Program-made: the position numbers and the translations under genes
Part shown: piece after piece, positions 1 to 10,216 of the stretch
Layout of the letters: each line of letters opens with the position of its first letter
How positions within the stretch are numbered: the stretch's first letter is position 1
The notes under the pieces: model-generated
Databases searched by the model: none
What the model was told of the DNA's origin: nothing
Seen by the model: only the letters and a program-made list of their open reading frames with translations
Assembly (NCBI GenBank): GCA_905178155.1
Contig: CAJINV010000034.1
Location: forward strand, 75,350-139,349
DNA from: Amoebophrya sp. A120
Taxonomy: Eukaryota; Protista; Dinoflagellata
Reading direction: 5' to 3'
Length of the DNA: 64,000 nucleotides

Positions 1-1130
1 CGTGAGATCAACCCGGATGGGAGCGTGTTCTCCAAGGCCGCAGCTTTACTGCAAGGCTCCACCAACGCCACCTCCATGAACCTGGTCCACGGTGCCGCTT
101 TCCCAATGGCCAGCGCAGCTCCAATTCAGGTGCACAACACGCTCAACATCGGCGCGCTTTTAGATCATGTAGTTATTATTTTTGATGGTTGCGTGCGTCG
201 TGTGGTGGATTGAGAGTGAAGACGATCGCTTCCGCATGTAATCCAACAAGCCATAATATCAGGGCTCCAGCACCAGCATGATGATCACGGGCGGTTCGAA
301 CGCGCCTCCACTGATGGACCGCCCGCTGCAGACGTTCCCCGCGCGACGGTCGCTGACCATCGGCGAGAAGATGTCCGCAAACCGTGCCCCCCGTGGTAGC
401 AACGACCCGATGCCGTTTCCCGAAGTGGAGCACTACGGCATGATGCACACGACCACCACCGAGGCGACGACCAGTCCGCGCGGTTTGGTTGCGGACACGT
501 CCAGGGAGCTGCTTCCCCCCGATGCGAAAACGACTGGCGCTTTGATTCCCACCGGTGGTGGGAAGGAGACACTGCTCCCACCGGATTCTCCGGTGGCGAA
601 GCCGCAGCCGAAGTCTGTCTCGATCCTGGCTGCGCCGTCTGCTAGCAGCGTGATGGAGTCGTCGTCTTCGAACGAGGCCCCGCAGCCGGAGTTCACGCTG
701 GATGGTATCGATTCTTCCAGCGCCTCATCGGCCGTCGGCAACAACTTGTTGGACACCAACAGCACCCTGGGTGCGGAGTTTGACGCTTTCAACGACGCTG
801 GCGCGACGGCGAAGGTATGAATCTGTAAAAACTCCTTTTGCAACCTCACATCTATGTATGCATATTGACACTTCACACAAGTTGGCAGCTTTGCATTGTG
901 TTTTCATTCTGTCACGCATTGAAAATGATGTTGTGAGGAGGCAAAGGGAGTTTTGTGTTTCATACCTTGCTAAGATGAAGTCCAAGGCCAAAGCTGCGTC
1001 CAAGGCCGAGCCGAAGGTGGAACCGAAGCCCGCCGCAAAACCGGCCGGAAAAGCCGCTACCAAAGCCGCTGCTAAGAATGCTGCGAAGGCGAAGTGTGCT
1101 GAGCCGCCGGCGAAGCGTGCGAAGAAGTGA
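1..1130 (+). CDS. 5'-truncated 3-exon orphan gene; Pro/Ser-rich with Lys/Ala-rich (histone H1-like) C-terminal tail
   Basis: ORFs 25-213, 278-820 and 975-1130 join in frame via a probable GC-AG intron 154-262 and a GT-AG intron 815-974; tail MKSKAKAASKAEPK...PPAKRAKK*. Confidence 0.55.
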
Positions 1131-3363
1131 ATTATCTGCAGTAGTCGGCTTTCTTTCAATTCTTTGTTCTACATATTTGAGTGTAAAACATCGAAGTAGA
1201 AAGCTAGCACTTCTCACTATGGCTTGTTCTTTCTAGTGGAAGTGCCATGTAATGTCTAGCAATTTTTTTGAAAGTGATTTCTTATTTGGTTTTTTCATTA
1301 TATATTTGCTCTCGTCTCTCTCCATGGTAAAGACAAATCCGCAAGGACACAAATCTTCAGCCAGAGCTTTACACTTTCGCAACGCCCTATCCTTCGCCGG
1401 AGCAAAGTTATTTCTGCGTGCAGTTATGGACGGAGCTCTTGGCAAGGAAACTACTTTTTAAAAGCAGCACGCACTAGAAATATTTGACGACTCCATGGGG
1501 CTGCGCGTTCTTCTGGCGTGGTAAGTCCACGCATCTATAAACGAGAGGATGACGAAGCGCTGCTTGTACTACAGGCGGCGCGGCATTATGATGAAAACAT
1601 CAAAGACCGGCTGTAAAAGCCATTTGAATTTTTGAAAGTAGCTGTGGTCTTAGTCAGCTACTGTCTGTAAAACGATGAAAAAATGAACTTGCGCGACCTG
1701 CTTGAAAGGCTACTGCGATTGGCGTTTTGTGTTGTTCTGCTGCTGATTGTGTCGCTGTTGCGGGCTAATGATGAGGGACAGATGAGAGATGCGCTGAAGT
1801 TTGTGTCTTCGTAGCATAGCACACCCTGGTTGAAGATTATGTACTTCGCGCGAGCAAGATGCTTCCCTTCCCGCAAGTCGATCCGTTCTTGGCGGCTGAA
1901 AATGCCGTTGTTGCGCATGAAGCGGTGGCGCAAGCTGCTGCGCCGTCTCGGTATACAGCTTCCAAGGCGACGCACTGGACGCAGGTCCACCTCGACCGCG
2001 TCTCCGGAAAAGCAGAATTCGCAGTGCGTTCCGTTTTCCGCGATCCGAAGCACTGTGGCCGCGATATATCATCGATGGCAATGGTGCTCAGAAGAAGCCA
2101 CAACATCTACGATTGTCCCGATAATATAATGCTTCGGGGTGACGCGAGGAACTTGGTACTGTAACTCATTGACGCGGAGCTTTTTTATTTGTAGCAGTAT
2201 CATGAGTCACAGCATTACATCGAAGATTCTGCATATTGTGACGCATCTTATGTATTATGCCGAAAACGTTAAATATCAGTGTTGGCGCCTGCTGTACCGC
2301 AAGAAGGAGCTGTATGGCGATCAAGCCCGGTGGAGAGACATCATCGGTGGTTGCCCATTTTCGAAAAGCATCGAGAACATCGACGCTCGCAATTTTGAAG
2401 AGTGTGTTGCTGGAGTCGAGGCGTACGGTAGGCAGCAACTTGGAGGGAATAGTCGAACCAGCACCAAGCTGCCTGAACGAAGCCGCGAGATGGTGCTACG
2501 TTCTTTTTTTGCATGCAAAAATGACATGACTTGGGTGGTGCATCGCATGAGATGTTTTATGGATGCAGTGACTGAGTAGTAGTCTTCATATGCGTGTTGT
2601 TATGCGTCAGTCGATCGAAATAAATATCAGGACTATTACATGCGGCGATACTCGGGTGCGAAAATTACTGCGCGGCGCAGAGCTCTCCCGCGGACAAACT
2701 GCAGACTTATTATGGAGCAATACTTCGAGCCACTGAATATAAACCCAAGTAACCAGTGGACTTTATGCCACGACTACTCTTCGCAGCGAGCGGCGGCTGC
2801 ATGCCTATGGATGCGTGGTATATTTTATATAAAAGCGCGACCTACTCCTTTCATGCTTGCGACAAGAAGAAGTTTGCTCATTTCAAAAACTACATCATCA
2901 CGCGTGACATCCTTGAGCAAAGACATCAGGTGGGATTCTCGCAGCCAGAATGCAAACGCTGGCTCGGAAAAATGGAAGAAGACTACTGCGCAATACCAAT
3001 GGCAATGAAGACGGCGGAGTTTCCAAATATCAGCGACCAGAAGAAGCACAAAGATGATCACACTGCCTTGCCACTGGCTGCAGTGGCATGGCGTTTCTCT
3101 GCACGGTAGAAGAACTCTTTGGCGCCGAGGCTCTTGCTGCTGTGCTACTTGATCCGGGTATAACGTGCGAAGCAATCGACGTGGCGAGTTGGTACGACAG
3201 CAAAAGCCCGGCTGTGTGGTCGCTGATTTTGAACGTTCTCTCGGACCAGGGCCCGTCCGAATTGAGAATGTGGCAAGTTCTCCTCCAATATATAGATGGA
3301 GCCACAAGATTACCCATCCAACATCGTCTCAGTAATAATACTGCCAATTTGTGCGAAGAAATC

Positions 3364-4686
3364 TCAGGCGGACAGCCCCGGGCGCCTTCGGGTTCTAATT
3401 ACCAACTAAAATTCGGCTAATTTGAGAGCGCGCGCAGCCCCCTTGCGCCGGCTTGGTTGCGTGCCGAATCTCGTTGCGGAGCGCACGGGGCACATTCGGC
3501 GCGCCGCTATTCGAATGTGAGCCCGTGGCCTCGTGGCTTTGCCGATTTCGCGGCGGGGGTGTCTTTCGCTTTGCGGTATTGGCTTCGGCGGCCCGTCCCC
3601 CTTGGGTCTGGAAGCCGTGGGCGGTTGGTTGGGGCGTGTTCTGGTTTGTCGTTCGGCCTGTGACCCTCCCGGCATGGCTTCCGTCTGTGTGTTTTTTGGG
3701 CCGGGCGTGGCAGGCCGACGGACTTTGCCCCGGTAGGGAGTTTCGCGCCCCGTCCTATGGTTTCCTCCTTCTTCGTCTGGAGATGGTCCTGGGCGCGGGC
3801 AGTTCAAACATGGTGTCGACCATGTTTGACATGCCTGCCAAAAGCCCCGGGAACACCTCCCGGAATTTTCTAATTTGAAATTCTAATTGGAAAACGCACC
3901 TATTTTCGGCGCTTCTAATCTGCACCTAATCTGCAGCTAATCTGCGCCTAATTTGCAGCTAATGTAGCTGCTAATAGGCGCTAATTGGCTGGCTAATTTG
4001 CAGCGGCCGAAAATCGCTACCGATTTCACTGTACAAAATCGCAGAAATTTTGTACAGGGAAATCGGGAACGATTTTTTGGCCGGGGGCTTGGGGATTCTC
4101 TGCAAATTAGATGCAGATTAAAGAGCATATTAGACACGGTTCCAAAAAAATTAGATTGCAAATTAGAAACCTATTTTTCGGGGGGTCGGGTGGTGTCTCC
4201 GGATGCAAATTAAACACGAAACCGGCGCGCGCCGGACACGAATTCGAAGCCGATTCTGATTTGTGTCCTTTCATTCTGGCCCGGCCGATGTTTGCCCGCC
4301 CGCGTCCTCTCTTCGAATTTTGATGGCCTGTGGCCGGGCCTTTGATTGGTTGGGCGCCGCGTGTATCGGCTTGCGCTGGCGCCATGAATTCCCTTGGTGG
4401 GCCTTTCTTTGTGTTCCGGCCGGGCTTTGGGTCCGGCAGGGTGTGTGGTGTTTCTCCGTTCCGGGTTGCTTTTTTTGCCTGATTTTGCGCCTTGTTGATT
4501 CCGTTACGCCCGCCCGCGGAACAATAGTGGTCGGGGGGTTCTTTGGTTCTTCGGGGAGGCATCGCCCTCGGGTTAGGTTGTTCGGCCGGGGTGTTTTTTT
4601 CTGTGCTTGCGCCTTCTTTTGGTTCTCAAATTAGCCAACTTTCAGAAACGAATTAGAAAAAGAAGTCGCCCGGACCTGTCCGCCTG
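3364..4686. mobile_element. Non-autonomous TIR DNA transposon with 8-bp TSD (hAT-like signature)
   Basis: ~64-bp imperfect TIRs (TCAGGCGGACAG..CCGGGCG.CTTC...TTCTAATT...GGCTAATTTGAGA at 3364-3427 vs reverse complement 4623-4687); TSD AAGAAATC at 3356-3363 and 4687-4694; no transposase ORF; right boundary ambiguous by 1 bp. Confidence 0.8.
3846..4203. repeat. Internal imperfect inverted repeat with ~11-bp CTAAT(C/T)TGCA tandem units
   Basis: CTAATCTGCAC/CTAATCTGCAG/CTAATTTGCAG array 3915-4003 mirrored by ATTAGA units 4100-4170; same CTAAT motif as in the outer TIR. Confidence 0.7.
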
Positions 4687-5052
4687 AAGAAATCCGGCGG
4701 CTCTGCGATACTATTCGGCCGCACTTAAACGGACCGAAGGGAAGTGGTGGAAGTGTTGGCGTATTTTCGAAAATGTGGCAGCACTTGGAACGAGAAGTAG
4801 ATGACTCCGATGCCGACACCGCAGCGCGTATTGCAGCGATGGGCTTCATGGTGGAGGTGGACGCCGAGACATTGAAGGACGCAATCGAAAACAGACGCAC
4901 TGCTACCTGATTTTATTTCCATATGAAAACATATAACTTCTCATGCTATATTTCATGACATAACAGCTTCGAGCTGATGCCATCAAGTCAAATTATATTT
5001 GTTTTGCATAGAGCATAGCATCGGGGAAGCAATATATTTTTAGGCATGGATC

Positions 5053-5073
5053 AGGGGGATCATTGATCCCCCT
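5053..5073. other. Perfect 10-bp hairpin upstream of the 820-aa ORF
   Basis: AGGGGGATCA-T-TGATCCCCCT. Confidence 0.6.
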
Positions 5074-5238
5074 CCCCGATGGTAGATTTTGAATCGACAA
5101 AAAATCATCACACCGTCGCGATTAGAGAAAAAAAGACGTCTCGGATTTTTTTCAATTCAGGCGCATAAATTATAAAGTATTTCGATACCTGTCTCATGCT
5201 TCCATTTCATTTACAATTCCAACCAAGGCACGAAGCTG

Positions 5239-7701
5239 GTGAATGGTGTCTCAACGCGGTGGCAACGCAGCCCAGCCGGCGCAAAAATCCTCTCGGAGAA
5301 CCCGCATGAGTTTGATTTTATATTCAGCGCCTTGATGGACGACGAGCGGCTCCACGACACGACTGCTGCGCGAAGAGCTGCTCGCCAAGAACTCGAAAGT
5401 CGAAGTGCAGAAGACAACGACTATGATGGTCGATTCCGGTGCGACGATTTAGATCACGCGGCGGCAGCACTTGGCGGCACGTGGTTGGGATATGCGAGCC
5501 AGGTGTACGGTGCGAAAACGAAAGCTCCACCCGGCGACGCGGAAGCTCTTCTCGACATATCAAAAACGCATGTCGATGCGCATTACCTCTTCGAAGCTCT
5601 TTTCGGCAGCGACCGCACGAAGATGTTTGCGAAACCGGAAGCGCTAGCAACTGCGCGAAGGTTTCTCGACCCGAATCTCGACGAAAATTCTCATCTAACA
5701 ACTCCGCAACTGCGCGAGAAAGTGCGGGCTCGACGCGACGCGTTTTGGAAGGATATGGTGGTAGATGCGGTCGCTTCTCTGCCGAAAAGCGACAATCACA
5801 GGAAGACTTTCTGGAAGTTTTTGCGTAACGTTTTGCAGTGCGATATGCAGGACCTCTACGACCCGCAATACGGTCTGTTCGAGTCCATCGTCGACAAGCG
5901 CATCACTACTCCTACCCGCGACCAAGTTCCGCACCTTGAGAAAAGTCTTCCATTTCGGCAGTTCGGATTCACAAAGCGGTCAATGCGCTGCATCATAGAT
6001 GAACGCCTCGATGTTTTGGAGGAGAAGACCAACGCGAACTGCAAGTCTTTTTTTCTCAGTGAGAAAATTATCGAAAACGCCTGGAAGGACAAGTTGTTGC
6101 AGAAGAAGGCCGGCAAAGCGGATCAGTCACAGTACACCCGGCAGATTGCGCGGTGGAATCTAGTGGAGAAAACGCCCTGCTTCGAAACTATTCCGATATG
6201 CAAGAACCAGGAGAAGACTCCGCCGCTGGGTACTACTACTATTGTCGATGGCATCAGCGAGGTTTTGCAGAATCGCAAAAAGATCTGCAGTACTACGATG
6301 GACACAGCGATGAAACAACTGGAAACCAATGCGCTCGCGGTGGATAGTGCTTCCAAATCTGCGTCGCAAGCCGATGAGTTTGAACAGCTTCTCGGCGATC
6401 TGGAGAAGTTTGCGCGGGAAAAAGCAAAAAAAACTCCGCTGGTTCAGAAGCTGTGGGGCGACCTCCTGGATCACAAGAAATCTTATTTCGGAAGCGAGAG
6501 CCTTGGCCTCAGAGGCATGATCACCAAGTGCGTCCTGGACTACGAGATCCAGTCGCCCGAAGAATATAAAATGCACAAGAGCTGCAGCGTCGTCCTGGCC
6601 GAGAAGAAGAAAATAGCAGCGCAAATTGCTGAGCGGGGTTTTGTCATCGGTCGCGATTCGAAAACGCACCAGGTGACTTGCGTCTTCTACTATTCCGGCG
6701 GCCGCATCGGATACAAAAATCCCCGCCAAAGCGAGGATAGCAGCAGCGTGTACTTGATGTGCGAGACCGTGCAAACAATTGCTTTCCAGCCGGATTTCTT
6801 GCGCGGAGTAGACTTTTTTGAAGGTTCCATCCATCCGTCCATCGGAAAAGTTACACGCTTCGAAATCGAGCTCCGGAATGTGCACTGGTTGCCTTCTACT
6901 ACCGCGATGCTTTCCGTTTTTCAGCACGCTAAGGTAGACCAGCAGTATGCTGCGCTGCGAGGACTAGTCAACCAGTTTCCGGAGTTTACGAAGCACTTGT
7001 TTTCGAAGCTACCAGAGCGGGTGCGTCGTGCGTGTTTCATCAGTTACAAGGACGGAAACTTCTCCTCTTTGCACATGGAAAAACTGATCGAGAGGCTCAG
7101 CGACAAGCGGCTGCGCAAATCTACCACCACTCTCGAGTTCGTCCAGCAGCACAATAAAAAAATCGACGAAGCGCGGGAGAAGGCTGCGCATTCGGTTTTC
7201 GATCCGAAAATGCGCGAGGCCATCGCTGGTGGTAAATCGTCGTCGTCTTCCGCGGGCTGTTCCCGCGAGCGCGCAAAAGTCATCATTTCCGTACACCAAA
7301 ACAACCTGCCGGGCTTCGTTCCGAAATTAATCGCGGTAGGCCGCAGCCATCGTGTGACGCAAGGTGTCGGCGGCGACAAGGTGAGGCTCTACTGGGCCGA
7401 GCCGGATTACAAACCGAAAAAAAGTCCTCTCTGCCCGGAATGCGAAACCACCGGCGATGGAGCATATGAGGAAAATTGCAATCGCCACCTGAGTTTCAAC
7501 TTCATTTGCAACCAAAGTAAAAATGTCACGCGCGTTTCATTCTGCAAAAATTCACGTGGCGATTGCATTTTTCATGTTCGTAATGATCTTGCAAATTTTA
7601 AACGCTTTTTGTTGCCCCGCGTGCTGCTTGAGTTCGGTCTTGAAGCTGCTGATGTGAACGCTACGTATCTGAGGAAAATGCGAGTAGAGAAAAATGCCTA
7701 G
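5239..7701 (+). CDS. Intronless 820-aa hypothetical protein with C-terminal Cys/His cluster (possible Zn-binding)
   Basis: Long uninterrupted ORF; CPEC-x11-CNRH and C-x11-C-x6-CIFH near C-terminus; start codon uncertain (GTG 5239, first ATG 5335); no recognisable family. Confidence 0.7.
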   Translation: MNGVSTRWQRSPAGAKILSENPHEFDFIFSALMDDERLHDTTAARRAARQELESRSAEDNDYDGRFRCDDLDHAAAALGGTWLGYASQVYGAKTKAPPGDAEALLDISKTHVDAHYLFEALFGSDRTKMFAKPEALATARRFLDPNLDENSHLTTPQLREKVRARRDAFWKDMVVDAVASLPKSDNHRKTFWKFLRNVLQCDMQDLYDPQYGLFESIVDKRITTPTRDQVPHLEKSLPFRQFGFTKRSMRCIIDERLDVLEEKTNANCKSFFLSEKIIENAWKDKLLQKKAGKADQSQYTRQIARWNLVEKTPCFETIPICKNQEKTPPLGTTTIVDGISEVLQNRKKICSTTMDTAMKQLETNALAVDSASKSASQADEFEQLLGDLEKFAREKAKKTPLVQKLWGDLLDHKKSYFGSESLGLRGMITKCVLDYEIQSPEEYKMHKSCSVVLAEKKKIAAQIAERGFVIGRDSKTHQVTCVFYYSGGRIGYKNPRQSEDSSSVYLMCETVQTIAFQPDFLRGVDFFEGSIHPSIGKVTRFEIELRNVHWLPSTTAMLSVFQHAKVDQQYAALRGLVNQFPEFTKHLFSKLPERVRRACFISYKDGNFSSLHMEKLIERLSDKRLRKSTTTLEFVQQHNKKIDEAREKAAHSVFDPKMREAIAGGKSSSSSAGCSRERAKVIISVHQNNLPGFVPKLIAVGRSHRVTQGVGGDKVRLYWAEPDYKPKKSPLCPECETTGDGAYEENCNRHLSFNFICNQSKNVTRVSFCKNSRGDCIFHVRNDLANFKRFLLPRVLLEFGLEAADVNATYLRKMRVEKNA

Positions 7702-7899
7702 TCAGCTGCTACTTGCGGCGCTTCTGCATAGTATCGATTTAGCATGACAGGAGGCGATGGCGCATTTTTAATAGTCAGAAGCTGTGCTTCTTTTTTTACA
7801 TTTTTTGCATGACAAATACCCTTTCTTTTCATTCTAGAATTGATGTCATGCAAAGTGCATCCGCTCGCATTTTCCTTGCATACGCTGATCAGTGAAAAA

Positions 7900-8223
7900 A
7901 TGGTCAACATAGTTGCGGACGAGCTCGACCTAGACCAGGAGCAGTGCACCGGAAGTAAAATCTTCTCCAAAGCAGCAGAACAAAAAACAACAGCTGAGAA
8001 GCGGGCCACCCTTCTTCCTGTAGTCGAAGAAAAAGAAACGAAACAAAGAAAGATGTCAAGTAAAGCAGCAAAAAAATCCGAACCTTCCAAAAGTAAAGCT
8101 AGTTCGTCAAAACTAAACGCTCCAGGAAAAGGAGACGTGCCGCGACTTACTGGACCAAAGGCGAAAATGAAGTCGAAGAAGAAAAAAGACGATACAGACA
8201 GTGAAGATGAAGAAGACGACTAA
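7900..8223 (+). CDS. Small Lys-rich protein with acidic C-terminal tip
   Basis: ATG 7900 in ORF 7840-8223; KMKSKKKK followed by DDTDSEDEEDD*. Confidence 0.45.
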   Translation: MVNIVADELDLDQEQCTGSKIFSKAAEQKTTAEKRATLLPVVEEKETKQRKMSSKAAKKSEPSKSKASSSKLNAPGKGDVPRLTGPKAKMKSKKKKDDTDSEDEEDD

Positions 8224-8577
8224 ACCAGTAAAAGCGTACTTATTTAGTGGTAGTGACTGCAAAACGCAATAACGCGCTTCAGTTTTTTTTGTTTCTATCG
8301 AGCCACTCTATTACTTCCTCCACATGCCGGCTTTTGCCTCGCGATTTATCTTCGTGCGTTTTGAAAAAAAACACCTCTATGATAACTCTTTCGAGTCAGT
8401 GACAAGGGTCGCACTTTTTGAAAAAAGTAGTTGCATGAGTATAGTAAAACAAAAAAAACTCAGTAGCACCGTAGTGCAAGTTTTATAGTGCGTCCTCTTG
8501 AATAAAATACCCTGCAAGCGTATGCCTACAGAAACTGCTTGCCCTCACTACAGTACCAGCCTGGTGCTCGCTGGAGT

Positions 8578-10005
8578 TTACATTATTCCGCAGCTGTTAT
8601 CGTTCGCTGTGCCATTGTCGTGATGGTTCTGCTTGTCGTGGTCAGCTGGTTGCTTTCGTTTTGTATTAGTCGGAAACTCATCTTCAAGTGCACGCGCTAC
8701 TGCTTTTGCTAGTTCGTCTTTCTCGAAGTATTTCATCTCGATCCACCGGCTTCGTTTCTTTCGCACACCAGCAACAGGAGGGCACGCAGCAAGCATGCTA
8801 ATCCCAGGGTGGCTGTGGTTTTGAGAGTGCAATTACATCTCGAGTCTCGTTATTTTTTGCTTCGTAGTTGTGTCTTCTTTTCCTCGTCAAAAACACGTGC
8901 TCCATGCAGTTTCGAAGCCCATATATGTTTCTTTAGGTTTGGCTTCAAGCTATTGCATCACCAGATAACAAAAACGCACCTGTCGTCTCGCCGTAAGTAA
9001 CCATTAGCGTCCAACTCTGCAAAAGAGATAAGTACGGAGCCTGCTAGCTCAAAGGCGCGAGGGCTAGCGGCATCATATGGCTCAACGTGAGCCAGTAGGT
9101 AGTCCGCGTCTCCACGTTCGTAGTTTTTCCCGCTCTTCCTGGTTTTAGATTTTTGAGGGCGTAGTGGATCTACAAAAAGCGACAACAACTAACACCTTCG
9201 AACAATATCAAAATGCACCACGTACCGCAGCATCTTCACCCTCAAACCCAGCGACGCGCCGTTTTCAACCCGCCACACGCCAGCCTTCTCCTGTACCGCG
9301 ATACGATGCTGCTCTTGCCCTGCGAAGTAATTAAAGATGCCCGTCCGTCGCTTCGCCTTCGGTTTCGGCTAATTCATACCGGATTCCGCTGTTTTGTAAC
9401 GAGTCGCAGAAGGCTAGTCTTGCTGCTTTCTCTCGTAGCGATCCGGCACTGAAGCAGTTCGCCAGCGTTGTGTTTGTAAATAGATTAGTACTGGAAGCGC
9501 ACCAAATTGCGTTCAACCGCTGCGATAGATTGCTCCTCGTGCAATTGTGTCGCGCGTTTGTTGCGTCGAAATTTGCATACCGCCCGCACTGATGAACCAG
9601 GTGAACTAGGACTTCATCGGTGTCGTCCAATGATATCCCAACCAGCACAACATCGCGCAAAGCAGTTTTCTCGTTGTTCAGAATCGACTTCGTTTTTCTG
9701 TGGTAGTCTCCGGCTCTCCGCGAAGTTACTTTGAGCTGCATAGGTAGAGAAAATCCTGCGTCATGGCCTCCCGAGCGGGTTCGGTTTTTATTCGTATAGC
9801 GCAGTCGTGCGTAGAAGTCAGCTTTTTTCTCGTGCGCTGGCACGACCGTAAATGACTCCTCTATAAGCTCCCTGAAGAGAGTAGCTCCTTTGCGCTCAGT
9901 TTTCTTAGGATCTGAGCCCATCTCGTTCGTATGAAAGGATAAACGTGAGGGATTTTCACAATTTCCAATGTAAAAACGCACTTCGTCGGGATCGAAAATC
10001 AACAT
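8578..10005 (-). pseudogene. Tandem PD-(D/E)XK-type endonuclease gene with two GT-AG introns and a single +1 frameshift
   Basis: Domain 1 ADFYARL…PMQLKVTS; domain 2 ATDG[fs at GGG 9340-9342]IFNYF…RIAVQEKAG…MLR|KSGKNYERGDADYLLAHV…DDS|HPGISMLAACPP…RWIEMKYF; introns 9139-9225 and 8813-8979 join frames. Confidence 0.65.
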
Positions 10006-10216
10006 TACTACCCTGAAAATTCTTACAGTTGAAGCGATTCATTGTTCTATTTGCCATGTAAATCGCTACACTTTGACCACTTTTCATTACAAGAACCCGC
10101 CAGCTTCCCCATATAAGGCATTTTGATCATGCACCCCATGAGCACTACCTTGTACAGCTTTGCATATCTAGATCCTTTCAATATACAATTGCAATACAAT
10201 TAGAAAGGATCTGTAG

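Larger units (their letters stand above)
1300..4910 (+). pseudogene. Degenerate multi-exon orphan gene interrupted by a 1.3-kb TIR transposon
   Basis: Chain of short + ORFs (1859-2164, 2139-2579, 2640-3109, 3088-3363) with frame changes and candidate GT-AG introns; the last ORF continues in frame at 4695-4910 (…LCEEI|RRLCDTIRPH…RRTAT*) once 3364-4694 is removed; 5' limit approximate. Confidence 0.45.

Noticed and set aside
5239-7701. 820-aa ORF as the introner transposase
   Set aside because: No recognisable DDE, tyrosine recombinase or HUH motif and no flanking TAT…ATA TIRs; needs a profile or structure search.
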